NCBI GenBank assembly: GCA_003154195.1
Contig: PMCS01000025.1
Location: 16,662-80,661, forward strand
DNA length: 64,000 nucleotides
Source: Candidatus Omnitrophota bacterium
GTDB taxonomy: Bacteria > Omnitrophota > Gorgyraeia > Duberdicusellales > 4484-171
Direction: 5' to 3'
Shown piece by piece: positions 27,137 through 37,674 of this stretch. Both the position numbers and the translations under genes were made by a program. The notes beneath the pieces are model-generated. The model ran no database searches. It was not told the DNA's origin and saw only the letters and a list, made by a program, of their open reading frames with translations. Each line of letters begins with the position of its first letter. Positions within the stretch are counted from its first letter, which is position 1.

Positions 27137-27532
27137 TCAAATTTTAGTACCCGCGCCTTTCGCGCGAAGCAAATCCGTTAAGCGGGCATACTGCGCAGAA
27201 TCGCCGTCATAAAATTCCAGGCCGACACGATAGCGGGGGATCCAGAGGGAAGAAGCAGTTTCCTTGCACCACACAACCTTGCCGATAAGCTTTATGGGAT
27301 CGGCCATTCCGGAGGAATAAAGACAAAAATATAAATGGCTGGCCGGTTCTATCTTTTCATTGGAAAAAAAGCACAGCCCTATCGGCCCGAGATCTTTGAG
27401 AAACGAAATACGGGCAGTAGACTTTCTGATTAAAGAATATTCAAACAAAGAACTCTCCTCTACCCTCGAAAACTCGCGGCGCTCCGCCCCTGCATAATCG
27501 CACCTGGAAGGAGTCATGGTTAAGTATACCAC
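27137..27532 (-). CDS. PilZ domain protein
   Basis: ERREFSR (RxxxR), DLGPIG (DxSxxG-like), GKVVW, VGLEF. Confidence 0.85.
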   Translation of the reverse strand: MVYLTMTPSRCDYAGAERREFSRVEESSLFEYSLIRKSTARISFLKDLGPIGLCFFSNEKIEPASHLYFCLYSSGMADPIKLIGKVVWCKETASSLWIPRYRVGLEFYDGDSAQYARLTDLLRAKGAGTKI

Positions 27533-27764
27533 GCCTCAAAAATGAATACCAATGCCGAAACGCAAAAAAATACCACGCCGCCGGGCAGGGAGATAACTTT
27601 TCGCCCAGACCAGAAAATGCGCAGCTCATTAAATTACAACGGGTTAAGCCCGATTAACCTGCTAAAAAAACGGTTGCTGTAAGCGTTTTCCTGAATTTTA
27701 TTTTTTGATGCGAAAAAAAGGATGGTATTGCAGTATGGAAGTACCGGACAAGTTTCACAGCGCA

Positions 27765-28030
27765 CGCTACACATGCGCTCGCGATGAAGCCTCACTCATT
27801 ACCTCCCTATCGGGATAATTCAACTATAACCGGGATACCGGTCAAGTTTCATTACAAAATCTGAAGTCGCGCTTCGCGCTCCAACGATTTTGGCAATGAA
27901 GCCTGCCCTATACTCAGGGCATAGCTGAATTGATTCGGCTACAGCCTCACCCCTTCGCTCCGCTCAGGGGTAATTCGACTACATCCAGCACTAATTTCAT
28001 TTTGAAATCAGTGCTGGATAAGTCTCATTA
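27765..28030. repeat. BIME/REP-like hairpin mosaic
   Basis: Recurrent GTAATTCGACTAC and CTCATTA(C) units plus hairpin CCAGCACTAATTTC..GAAATCAGTGCTGG; shares units with 28560-28672. Confidence 0.65.
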
Positions 28031-28483
28031 TTAAAATATCAAACCGCCGCCGGGCATATTTTTACGCCGGAGCCGGTGGGACATCTCGCTCATCATCTGA
28101 TACAGGATTTTTGCCGCGATTTGCGGCTTCTGATTAAATAATTTATTGAACTCGTTACGGCTGATTTCTAAAACCGACACTTCCTCCACCGCCGTCGCAG
28201 TCGCAGTCCTTAAGGCGTATTCAAAAAGGGTAATCTCGCCGAAAAATTCGCCCGACGAAAACGTAATAATTTCTTTTTCCCGGCCGGCTTCCTGTATGCT
28301 TATCTTTACCGTACCGTTCTTGATTACATACATCGTTTCGCCTTTTTCTTTTTCGCTGAAGATTTTCATTCCTCCGGCATACATCTTTTCATGAAAAAAT
28401 TCGATTGCATCATCCAATTCCTCAACGGTTAATAATTGAAATAAAAATAATTCTTTCAATTCGTTTATTCTTTTCTGCTCCAT
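28031..28483 (-). CDS. Stand-alone cyclic nucleotide-binding domain protein
   Basis: MYVIKNGTVKI, FFGEITL, RTATATA; no HTH. ATG at 28483 with GGAGG RBS. Confidence 0.9.
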   Translation of the reverse strand: MEQKRINELKELFLFQLLTVEELDDAIEFFHEKMYAGGMKIFSEKEKGETMYVIKNGTVKISIQEAGREKEIITFSSGEFFGEITLFEYALRTATATAVEEVSVLEISRNEFNKLFNQKPQIAAKILYQMMSEMSHRLRRKNMPGGGLIF

Positions 28484-28559
28484 ATATCCTCCCTGCCTCA
28501 TTCCCCCCTTCGGAGCAATGAATCTTGGCCTGCCGTTCACGGCAAGGCTTAATTACATT

Positions 28560-28672
28560 ATCGACTGAGTCTCATTACCCAGCACTAATTTTGCTACACA
28601 AAATTAGTGCTGGGTAATTCGGTTACAGCCTCTTGCTGCGCCCTGCGGGCTTGCAATCGGCTAAACCTCATT
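28560..28672. repeat. BIME/REP-like hairpin mosaic, second copy
   Basis: AGTCTCATTACCCAGCACTAATTTTG..CAAAATTAGTGCTGGGTAATTCGGTTACAGCCTC. Confidence 0.65.
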
Positions 28673-29126
28673 AAATAAAAGCTGCCTCTTCGGGATGCTT
28701 ATCAAGCCGGCGCAGCCGTTTAGCCATATTTTGTATCAGAAAAAAAAGTATCTTAACTCCAATCGCGGAATGCGAAGAAATAAAATCGACGAATTCATTG
28801 CGCCGGATTTCTAAAAGTGAAGCCTCTTCGACGGCAACGGCGGAAGCGGTGCGCAAAACATAGCCGAACAAGGCAATTTCTCCGAACGTACCTCCGGAAC
28901 TTAACACGACCATTTCTGTTGTTTCCCCCTCCCGCTGCTTAGTGATTTTTACCGAACCGCTTTTGATTACATACATCGTATCGCCCTCATCTTTTTCGGA
29001 AAAGATTTTATCACCGGAAGAAACTTTCTTTTCGTGTAGAATAGCCGCGATTTGTTCGACTTCCTCATTGGTTAAAGTTTGGAACAGAAATAGCCTTCGT
29101 ATTTCTTCGAGTTGCTTGCCTTCCAT
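28671..29126 (-). CDS. Stand-alone cyclic nucleotide-binding domain protein (paralog)
   Basis: MYVIKSGSVKI, FGEIALF, RTASAVA; clear paralog of 28031-28483. Confidence 0.9.
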   Translation of the reverse strand: MEGKQLEEIRRLFLFQTLTNEEVEQIAAILHEKKVSSGDKIFSEKDEGDTMYVIKSGSVKITKQREGETTEMVVLSSGGTFGEIALFGYVLRTASAVAVEEASLLEIRRNEFVDFISSHSAIGVKILFFLIQNMAKRLRRLDKHPEEAAFI

Positions 29127-29344
29127 AATTATATTTTAGCTTAAAAAATATGTTTATCAACGCTTTATTTGCTGATGCCTGCCTTCCTATAAGTAATACT
29201 TATTTATGGAATAACATGGGGGATCCCCTGGTAGTAAATGGCAGCTGGCGGGATAAAGCTATAACTTGATTGATAATAAATGGTTAGCGATGCCGGCACG
29301 AATACCGGGGAGAAAAAACCGAAAAGGAAAAAATATCTAAAATT

Positions 29345-29809
29345 TTATAGATAATTTTCTCTTGCCGTATTGCTGTTAGCCCATATTTCTCCCGTCGTAG
29401 GATTATATGCCCACCCGCCTGAATTTCCAATAACAGCACCCTTATAACGGCCGGAAGCGTTTACCACATTAGTCACATTATTATTCTCCACAAACAAATT
29501 GTGCGGGAAAGGATCGTTGACAACCGGCGAAACATAAGCGCCCCCACCCCTGCTTACCAGATTATTGGTCATCTCGCTTAAAGTGGGGACATTGCCGGTT
29601 TGGTCATAGCCCTTGACATTGATAGTGCCGTATTGGACGTTTATCCCACTTCTTAACGCGGCAAGAGATCCCGCAATTGCAGCAAGTTTAGCTTGATCAC
29701 GCAAATTAATAAATCTAGGTATCGCTGTAGCCGCTAAAATACCGATAATAACTATAACCATGATCAATTCAATAAGTGTAAAACTTTTTTTAAAAACATT
29801 AAACTTCAT
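29345..29809 (-). CDS. Type IV pilin/pseudopilin
   Basis: KKS|FTLIELIMVIVIIGILAATAIPRF N-methylation motif; C-terminal GGWAYN..TG. Confidence 0.9.
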   Translation of the reverse strand: MKFNVFKKSFTLIELIMVIVIIGILAATAIPRFINLRDQAKLAAIAGSLAALRSGINVQYGTINVKGYDQTGNVPTLSEMTNNLVSRGGGAYVSPVVNDPFPHNLFVENNNVTNVVNASGRYKGAVIGNSGGWAYNPTTGEIWANSNTARENYL

Positions 29810-29933
29810 ATACCCCCCCTTCCTTTAGCAAAGTTGAATAATCAACTGTCGGAGTTTTCGTCTCCGGCATGCGTACTATAATTTTAACCGAAAAAATAGG
29901 TTTCGCAAACAAAAAAATAGCAACGAATGTATA

Positions 29934-32117
29934 TTATCTCCGCGGCACAGCACTTAGCCTTGCAATATTTTTGAGAACAATCGGATCATCGGGGTTGGTT
30001 TTTAAAACTTCCGAAAATTCTTTTTCCGCCTTTTCGTATAATCCCTGCCGGGCATAAACAACCCCGAGATTGACTCTTGCGTTAATGTTCCAGGGCCGGA
30101 CGTTCAACAGCTTGAGGTACCATTTCTCCGCTTGTTCGTATTGGCCATACAGCAGGCATATCCCGGCCATATCGTAATACGCTCCGTTTAAGCCGCCGCC
30201 AAATTTAATCGCGTCGCGGTAGCATTTAACTGCCAGGCCGATATTGTTCCGGCGATAATAAAGCGCGCCAAGATTAAGGCTGGCTAAAACCGAATGCGGA
30301 TTTATCTTTAAAGCGTTTTTGTATGAATCACCAGCCGACAAAAAATCGTTTTCCCTTGAATGGATTATCCCCAGGTTAATATATATATTCTCATCAAAAG
30401 AATCATAGATAAGAGCCTTCGTATAATTTTGTTTAGCTTTCTCGAAAACGGCAAACCGGGCAAAAAAATTACCTCGCCGGGAATATATCCGGGATAATAA
30501 TTTTGGGGAAAGGCCCCCTAAACTGCCGATATCGCTAAAATCGGAAGAAGCAACATCGATTCGATAGTTTTTAATAATTTTTTTATTTTCCTCTGAATCT
30601 TTAACAAAAACCACGGCGACATCGTCAAAGTACACAAGTTTCCACCCGGAATCAGAATAGAGATAGGTTAATAATTTGTCCAGGCCTTCTTCCACGTGAG
30701 ATAACAAAACGTAATTTATATTGTATTTTTTAACTATTTTTGGCCAAAGCCCGGGATCCTCGAGCAGCCGCACGTATTCCGTATAAAATTCCTCGCTATG
30801 CACCTCCAGCCTGCCGTCTAAGAATACTTTACGTTCGGGATAAAAACGCCAGATAAGATAATTTCCGCTTTGGAGGTCATTAAAAATGTTGCCCTTCAGG
30901 GAAGCTTTTTCCACAAAAGAAACCGCGGCGTCCGGATACTTAAATGGCGCCATGCCAAGATAAAAGCTCTTTTCGGTATTGCCCCGAATACGCTCTCCTC
31001 CTCCGGAGAGGTCGATTATACCAAGCGCTGTGATAACAGCGATAATACACGAACCGGCAAAACGGATATCGCCGCGCGCCAGGAATTCCTTTACCCGTCC
31101 CCTTACCGCCTGGCACAGGTTCTCCGTTATAATCGGAACGCACACTAAGGCGAACGGCGGAATATTGCGCCGGGCTAAAAAAGAAAGGCCGAAAAAAAAT
31201 GAATAAGATATCAGGTGGGGCCAGGAAAGACGGCGCGAATTAATCAACATCGCCGCGAAGGACAACGCCAGGATAGATTTATAAAAAAGGATGGTGGTGT
31301 TCGGGCAAAAAGAAGAAAAAGGCGGCTGGATTTCTCCTACGGGCAATTCTCCGACCGCAGAAAATATTTTGATGCTGCCGTTGATCCTGTCCAAAAGCGT
31401 AAAAGGAAAAATAAAAGCACGGTAGGTGTAAGGGTTCAGAAAAGAGACGACAGTTATAAGCGCTGCGGCAACCAAAAGACGCCGGTAGTCTTCCCCTTCT
31501 ATACGGCAAGCCTTATCGTTTAAAACCGGTAATTTTACGCGCGAGCTTAAGGTTTCGCCTAAAACATACGAATAAACCAGCACGATTCCCAGGATAAACA
31601 ACGCATGGCTGTTAACCCAGAACAGTTGTACCAGGGGCAGAAGATAAATGTAATTTTTATTGTATCCGGAGCCGGCGTATTTATAACGGTGCAAAACGTA
31701 GACAAATATACTCAGGTAAAAATAGCTGAATACTTCCGGACGCAAAGAACCTCTTTCCCACAGGCATAGCGCGGCAAGAAAAACCGCTGCGGCGGTAAAA
31801 AAATATTCGCCAGGGCCGTATACAGCCTTGAAGATAATTAAAAAAATCGACAGGACAACCAGGGCATTAAACAAAATCAATCCGCTGCAGCCGGAATATT
31901 TGTATACCAGGAAAAGTATTGCCTGAAACAACCACTGCATATCCATCCAAGGTTTACCTACCGAGGTATAGGAATATAAATCGGTATGGGGAATTTTAAA
32001 ATTTTGGATAATATACTGGCCGGTCTTAAGGTGCCACCACAAGTCGAAAGACTGAATATCGTGGACGAACAGCAGGAAGATAAACAAGAAGAGTAAAAAT
32101 ATAGAAAAACGTTTCAT
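29934..32117 (-). CDS. Polytopic membrane protein (GT-C-like) with C-terminal TPRs
   Basis: DLWWHLKTG, RPE, WVNSH, FLDGR, about 11 TM helices, TPR motifs. Confidence 0.8.
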   Translation of the reverse strand: MKRFSIFLLFLFIFLLFVHDIQSFDLWWHLKTGQYIIQNFKIPHTDLYSYTSVGKPWMDMQWLFQAILFLVYKYSGCSGLILFNALVVLSIFLIIFKAVYGPGEYFFTAAAVFLAALCLWERGSLRPEVFSYFYLSIFVYVLHRYKYAGSGYNKNYIYLLPLVQLFWVNSHALFILGIVLVYSYVLGETLSSRVKLPVLNDKACRIEGEDYRRLLVAAALITVVSFLNPYTYRAFIFPFTLLDRINGSIKIFSAVGELPVGEIQPPFSSFCPNTTILFYKSILALSFAAMLINSRRLSWPHLISYSFFFGLSFLARRNIPPFALVCVPIITENLCQAVRGRVKEFLARGDIRFAGSCIIAVITALGIIDLSGGGERIRGNTEKSFYLGMAPFKYPDAAVSFVEKASLKGNIFNDLQSGNYLIWRFYPERKVFLDGRLEVHSEEFYTEYVRLLEDPGLWPKIVKKYNINYVLLSHVEEGLDKLLTYLYSDSGWKLVYFDDVAVVFVKDSEENKKIIKNYRIDVASSDFSDIGSLGGLSPKLLSRIYSRRGNFFARFAVFEKAKQNYTKALIYDSFDENIYINLGIIHSRENDFLSAGDSYKNALKINPHSVLASLNLGALYYRRNNIGLAVKCYRDAIKFGGGLNGAYYDMAGICLLYGQYEQAEKWYLKLLNVRPWNINARVNLGVVYARQGLYEKAEKEFSEVLKTNPDDPIVLKNIARLSAVPRR

Positions 32118-32310
32118 TGTAGATATTTTACAATAAAGCGCGTAAAATCCAATAGGATTATATATTCAGGGCGGTCAGACTCGCTTATCCCATTAGCCGT
32201 AATAAAATCTGGTCCACCATAAACGACGGGACTTGGTTTTATTATACCCCCCCCGCCCGCCTACCGGCGGGGACGAAAGCAAGACGGGACGTCGCCCCGC
32301 GGGGCTCCAG

Positions 32311-34461
32311 TCAAGGAGTTTTATCCAATAATCTTAAATTCTTTAACGCCGCTTTATTGCCGGGATCGGACGCCAGGATTTTTAAAAATTGCCGGCGCGC
32401 TTTATCCGGCCGGCCTTCTTTCGCATAGAGCACACCGAGGTTTATCATCGTATCGATATGCCATGGCCGTATTCTTAACGCTTGCAAATACAAACTTTCG
32501 GCACGCTCATATTGCCCGTAGGCCATGCCGATGCCTGCGGCGTTAAAATACGCTTCGGCAAAGGAATGATCCGCCATGGCGGCCCGCTGAAAATAGTTCA
32601 AAGCCATACCGGTTTCTCCCCGGCCATAATAAAGATTACCCAGATTAAACAGCGCGCGCGAAGAACGGGAAACTATACTTAAAGCTGTTTCGTACTCTTC
32701 GATCGCTTCTTCGTAACGCCAAGCATTTTGATACAGTATGCCCATGTTTATGTATACCGCGTTATCGTAAGGTTTGAATATCAGGGATTTTACATAATTG
32801 TCGCGCGCCTTGTCGTAAATACCCAGCCGGGCGAAAAGATTACCGCGGGAAAAATAGATAGAGGCTTTGTCCCCGTCATCGAATGCAATGGTATCGTCTG
32901 ATGAAAAATCGGCAAACACCGGGAAGATTTCGCAGCCCCTTATCGTCGCGCTATTTTCCGGAGAATCCTTTAAAAAAACTACGGATAGGTCGTCGCAAAA
33001 AACCAATTTCCACCGCGGGCTATGATAAAGATAAACCAGCAACTTATCCATGTCGGCGTCGCGATGAGAAAACAAAGCGTAATTTATGGAATATTTTTGC
33101 GAAAAACTTTCCCATAACAAAGGTTGTTCCAGAAGGCGCACGTATCCGGCATAAAAATCGGTGCCGTGAACTTCCAACCGGCCGTCAAAAAGTACCTTTC
33201 GTCCGGGGTAAAAACGCCATATAAGATAACCGCCGCTTTGCAGGTCGTTAAACATATTACCTTTCAATCCGTGCCTGAGTACAAAGGAAGCCGCTCCTTC
33301 GGGAAATTTAAAAGGCGCTATTCCCAAAGATAATTTTCTCTCGATATCATCGCGGATAATCCGGCCGTTATAAATAAGGTCGTTAATGCAAAAAAGCAAT
33401 ACCAGCGAAAATACAAAGAGCGATACCAGCTGAACCGTTTTATGGAAACGGAAAGCACTTTTGCGGTTTTCCAGAAATTGGCATAAATTCTCCGCGGTAA
33501 CCGGCAGGCATACCAGGGCAAAAAGGGCTATATTGCGCCTGGCCAGTAATGATAAGCATAAAAACACGCCGTAAAGTATAAGGTGCGAAAAAGAAAGGCG
33601 CTTCACATTAAGCGCAAAGCATAATGCCGAAACAAATATAAGTATTTTGTAAAAACCAATCGCTCCGCCACGGCAAAGATAAGAAAAAGAAGGGTTTAAC
33701 TCCCCTATCGTCAGCGCTAAAACCTTAAATTGGCCGCTCATATGCGTAAACAATGTATAAGGAAATAATGCGCCTTTGAAGCCGTAAGGATTAATAAAAA
33801 GAACAATTAAGCTTAAAGCCGCGGCAAGCGTAAGATGAAAATAACTGCGGCCGGTTATTATCCTGCCTTCCTTGAAAAACGGCAAACGGTTTTTGGCGGA
33901 TAAGAATTCCCCCAGTACAAATGACCACATTATCACCGCACCGAGCATAAATAGCCCGTGGCTGTTGACCCATAAAAGTTGTATCACAGGGATGAGATAA
34001 ATATATTTGCCGGCAGAAGAATATTTGTAGCGGTGCAAAATATACAAAAAAGCAGCTAAATATAGAAAGGTAAACATTTCCGGCCGGATGTAGGTACGTT
34101 CCCAGAAGGACAGAGCGCAAAGCAACGAAACAGAGATTACGGCAAAAACCCTTTCCGGCCGGTAAACCGATTTAAATAAGATGAAAAACGCCGCCAGAAG
34201 GACCAGCGTTTTAAATAATATAATCCCGGCAATATTGAAAAGTTTATAAACCCCGAAGATAGCCAGCTCGAACAGCCATTGCATATCGATCCAGGATTTC
34301 CCGCAAGAAGCCTGCGAATACATATCGGTATGCGGGACAGCGTGGTTACCGGCAATGTATTTACCGGTAGCGAGATGCCGCCATAGATCATGGGATCGGA
34401 TGTCGTGGGTAAATAATAAAGCAAAAAATAAAAACAGGAAGAATATGGCTAATCGTCGCAT
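32311..34461 (-). CDS. Polytopic membrane protein (GT-C-like) with C-terminal TPRs, tandem paralog
   Basis: DLWRHLATG, RPE, WVNSHG, FDGRLEVH, TPRs; colinear with 29934-32117. Confidence 0.8.
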   Translation of the reverse strand: MRRLAIFFLFLFFALLFTHDIRSHDLWRHLATGKYIAGNHAVPHTDMYSQASCGKSWIDMQWLFELAIFGVYKLFNIAGIILFKTLVLLAAFFILFKSVYRPERVFAVISVSLLCALSFWERTYIRPEMFTFLYLAAFLYILHRYKYSSAGKYIYLIPVIQLLWVNSHGLFMLGAVIMWSFVLGEFLSAKNRLPFFKEGRIITGRSYFHLTLAAALSLIVLFINPYGFKGALFPYTLFTHMSGQFKVLALTIGELNPSFSYLCRGGAIGFYKILIFVSALCFALNVKRLSFSHLILYGVFLCLSLLARRNIALFALVCLPVTAENLCQFLENRKSAFRFHKTVQLVSLFVFSLVLLFCINDLIYNGRIIRDDIERKLSLGIAPFKFPEGAASFVLRHGLKGNMFNDLQSGGYLIWRFYPGRKVLFDGRLEVHGTDFYAGYVRLLEQPLLWESFSQKYSINYALFSHRDADMDKLLVYLYHSPRWKLVFCDDLSVVFLKDSPENSATIRGCEIFPVFADFSSDDTIAFDDGDKASIYFSRGNLFARLGIYDKARDNYVKSLIFKPYDNAVYINMGILYQNAWRYEEAIEEYETALSIVSRSSRALFNLGNLYYGRGETGMALNYFQRAAMADHSFAEAYFNAAGIGMAYGQYERAESLYLQALRIRPWHIDTMINLGVLYAKEGRPDKARRQFLKILASDPGNKAALKNLRLLDKTP

Positions 34462-34650
34462 GAATTCCTTTTTTATATATTTCGGTAATATTGTAATATT
34501 TTTCAGGAGGAATGTAAATTAGTTTAAATTTTTTACGTCGCGAAAACAATATAAATTCCTAAACATTCCTAAAATTTTCACGCTTTTTGATATAACCCCT
34601 TGGGATATAAAGAATTAAAAAATAAAAACCAAAAAAGCAACAAATAAAGA

Positions 34651-34749
34651 TTTCCCGCAAAGTTCGCCAAGCAAAGAAAATAATAAGAGAATCGACACCC
34701 TTTGCGAACTTTCTCTCTTCTGGAAGGCTTCGCTCGCCTTTGCGGGAAA
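34651..34749. repeat. Palindromic CCGCAAAG...CTTTGCGG element, copy 2
   Basis: 12-bp inverted ends TTTCCCGCAAAG / CTTTGCGGGAAA; internal GAGCGAAGCCT motif shared (inverted) with 20287-20388. Confidence 0.7.
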
Positions 34750-34857
34750 ATTTTTGGTTGTTTTCAAAAATGGGTAAACTTCTGGCCTAAATTCCGCTTT
34801 ACTTCCGGTTGCGATACTGCTAAAATTCATTTTTAACTTAGCGCGAGGTTACACCAT

Positions 34858-36180
34858 ATGTATGTCGGCATAAAAAAATGGGGATATGACGAGTGGCTTT
34901 CATCTGCGGCAATTTCTCTCTTTTTGGCGCTGCATCTTGTTATTGCCGGCTACCCGATTATCCTTTGGGATTCGGCAAGATATTTAGGCAGTTCGCTTTT
35001 TTTGAATCCGGATTACGTTAGTTTGTCGCCGGTATCTTATCTGCTCAAACCGCTGATAACTTTAGCCGGGGCATGGGGATTTGCATTTTTTCAAATAGCT
35101 ATATTAACCTACGTTACAGTTTCAGTATTAAAATTTTTTAATAAAAATTTTACCGTAGGCGTCATCGCCATATTGGTATCTGCGGCGGGTTATTTTGCCG
35201 TTCAGGTGATGATGGATATCTACACTGCCGCGGGATTCCTGGCATTGTTTCTTGTACTGAATGAAGATAAGGATATTTTTCTCTATGCTATATTAAGCAT
35301 ATGCTATGTAGCTCATTATGAAAATATTTTCCTCTTCCCTCTCTGCGCCGGGATATATTGGGCAATATTTGATCGAAAAAAATTTAATTTAAAATTGCTT
35401 CCGATGACATTCCTCTTTCTCATTCTTGTTATCGGTGTTTTTTCGGCTAATTATCTGGCCGAAAATGATTTTCGCTTTTTTCCTAAGGTAAGATATTCCA
35501 TGTGCGCCGCGCGGATCATGGCCGATTCTCCTGAGATCGCAAGGTCATATATGGAAAAATACCCCGATTCCGGCTTCAGCAAGCGTAAAAAACTTTACGA
35601 ATATGCTAAAACTCAAGCCGACCCGTTTCACGTCTTGCTCTGGGATGCAAAAGAAGGAATCGGCCTCGGGGCAGGCTTTAACAATTTCGATAAGGAATCA
35701 AAAAAATTTACATCATACGCCTTGAAAAACTACAAGCTTACATTATTTAAAAATGCTTTAAAAAATACGTACCGGTTTCTCATAAAGCCGGGGCACAAGA
35801 TAGGAGGAGAATCCGGCAAGGAACCGATCGAGCAATTTATAGGAGAATTTATACCCGGGCAGCTCGCCGCCGCTAAAAATTCTTTACAATACAAAGGGAT
35901 ACTGTCGCTTATAAGTTTTGAACTGGTCTATGCAATGTGTTCCCGCATAACTTTTCCAATCATAATATTTTTTATATTCCTTTCCTTTATAAAAAGGGAA
36001 ATAAAAAATTTAAAATATTATCCCTTCGTTGTCTTAACCGCGATCTTTATATTGATCAATGCCTTTGCCATGTCTAACTTTATCAACATATATTTAAGAT
36101 ACCAATTAAGAGTCATGCTTCTGCCAAGCCTTGCCGCAAGCTTGATCGTCGCAGATTTTTTACGGCACAGGAAAGTATGA
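34858..36180 (+). CDS. Polytopic membrane protein, putative GT-C glycosyltransferase
   Basis: GYPIILWDSARY (acidic residue after TM1), MMDIY, RYQLR; paralog of 38460-39821. Confidence 0.7.
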   Translation: MYVGIKKWGYDEWLSSAAISLFLALHLVIAGYPIILWDSARYLGSSLFLNPDYVSLSPVSYLLKPLITLAGAWGFAFFQIAILTYVTVSVLKFFNKNFTVGVIAILVSAAGYFAVQVMMDIYTAAGFLALFLVLNEDKDIFLYAILSICYVAHYENIFLFPLCAGIYWAIFDRKKFNLKLLPMTFLFLILVIGVFSANYLAENDFRFFPKVRYSMCAARIMADSPEIARSYMEKYPDSGFSKRKKLYEYAKTQADPFHVLLWDAKEGIGLGAGFNNFDKESKKFTSYALKNYKLTLFKNALKNTYRFLIKPGHKIGGESGKEPIEQFIGEFIPGQLAAAKNSLQYKGILSLISFELVYAMCSRITFPIIIFFIFLSFIKREIKNLKYYPFVVLTAIFILINAFAMSNFINIYLRYQLRVMLLPSLAASLIVADFLRHRKV

Positions 36181-37631
36181 AGATAAACGATAAGTTAATC
36201 CGGCCGGTGGTATTTTTTTTATTTTTAATTTTATTGTTTTTTCTTAAAAGGCCGTGCCTGAATCTTCCTGCCTTTAATGATGAATGGAATTACATCACCA
36301 GTATTTTGGCAGTCTACGACAACCACCTTAACCCTTTCGTTACCTACTGGGCTTACCACCCGCCGGTTTTTTTTGTTTTCGTCGCTTTGCTTTTCAAATT
36401 ATTCGGTTGCTCGCTTGCCGTGGGGCGCCTGGCGATAATGTTTTTTTCCCTTTCCACCCTTTACTTTACCTTTCTGCTGGGAGAAAAGTTATATAACAAA
36501 AAAACCGGTTTTTTCGCCGGCCTGTTGCTTTTTTTCTCGCCGTTTTTTTTCGCGCAATGCGGCCTTTTGTATTGCGATATGCTGGTGACAGCGCTATCGA
36601 CCGCAGCTATCTATTATTTTGTCAGCGGTAAAAGGAGAGGGTATCTCATCGCCGCGACCCTGCTTGTTTTGACTAAAGAACCGGCGATATTGACGGTCAT
36701 CGCGATCGGAATATACCAGGTTATCCTGAATTTACCGGAATTTACCGGAAAATCCCGCCGGGAAGAAGTATCGTCAAAAACAAAGAAGTTAATTTTAGAA
36801 ACATTGTTTATTCTGTCGCCGCTTTTATTTTTTTTAGTATGGATGATTCTCAACAAGCTGCTTTTGGGCTGGTTTTTTTTCCCCTTATTCACTTCGCTTC
36901 TCGAAAGGTTTTCGCTATTTCCCGATTTAATGAAATGGATTCTAAGATGGACCTTCCGGGAAGATTTCAGGATTTTTTTTACCGGCGCGGTTATTTTAGC
37001 CGCTTTTCTTTCTTTATTCAAAAAAGATATCCGGAAAGGTTTTTTAAAGAATGAACTCCTGCTTTTTGCGATATTATCTTTGATTTCGATATTATTTTTT
37101 GCCGGCATACAAGGGAAGCACTACGGATTTTCAATGCGTTATCTATTATTCCTCCAGCCGTTGTTGTTTCTGGCCGGAACCGCCGCCGTGATCCAATTGA
37201 TTAAAAATAAAATCGCGCATACTTTAGTTTTCCTATTCTCTATTTTTATTTTCATTAATTGCTGGCATTCGAGAGGTTTGCCGCAAAAAGATGATTTAAA
37301 TTTGGATTATCTTAATATCGTAAAAATTCATAAAGAAGCTGCCGGGTTTTTAGCAAAAAAATTCTCCTCCCGTTTGATTGTCGCCGCATTGCCGGTAAAT
37401 AATAACCTGACCCTGCCGGTACGGGGGTATGTCAACCGGCCACTGGCCAATGTTGTGGATGTGCCGCCGGAAACCGCCAGCCAGGGAACGATCATCGTCG
37501 TTTCGAAGTATTACCGGATTTGGACCGACCAGGCAGAAGAAGTAATAAAATTTCAACAAAAAACGAACGCGGCGCTGGTAAAAAAATTCAGCCGGGGCGA
37601 CGAAGAGATTTCGATTTATGCTCTGCCGTAA
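36177..37631 (+). CDS. ArnT/PMT-family GT-C glycosyltransferase
   Basis: NDE..Y after TM1, HPP, GR, LTKE, RY; many TM helices. Confidence 0.85.
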   Translation: MKINDKLIRPVVFFLFLILLFFLKRPCLNLPAFNDEWNYITSILAVYDNHLNPFVTYWAYHPPVFFVFVALLFKLFGCSLAVGRLAIMFFSLSTLYFTFLLGEKLYNKKTGFFAGLLLFFSPFFFAQCGLLYCDMLVTALSTAAIYYFVSGKRRGYLIAATLLVLTKEPAILTVIAIGIYQVILNLPEFTGKSRREEVSSKTKKLILETLFILSPLLFFLVWMILNKLLLGWFFFPLFTSLLERFSLFPDLMKWILRWTFREDFRIFFTGAVILAAFLSLFKKDIRKGFLKNELLLFAILSLISILFFAGIQGKHYGFSMRYLLFLQPLLFLAGTAAVIQLIKNKIAHTLVFLFSIFIFINCWHSRGLPQKDDLNLDYLNIVKIHKEAAGFLAKKFSSRLIVAALPVNNNLTLPVRGYVNRPLANVVDVPPETASQGTIIVVSKYYRIWTDQAEEVIKFQQKTNAALVKKFSRGDEEISIYALP

Positions 37632-37674
37632 GCAAACATAAGGAAGCTCAATCCCGGCGATAAACCCTAAACCT

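Noticed and set aside
32161-32310. Possible c-di-GMP riboswitch in the GC-rich spacer between the TPR paralogs
   Set aside because: Only loose GAAA/GGGACG words on the non-coding strand; the consensus is not met. An Rfam scan would decide.
34553-34582. Direct repeat ATTCCTAAA x2 as a response-regulator box
   Set aside because: Too short and AT-rich to support without comparative data.
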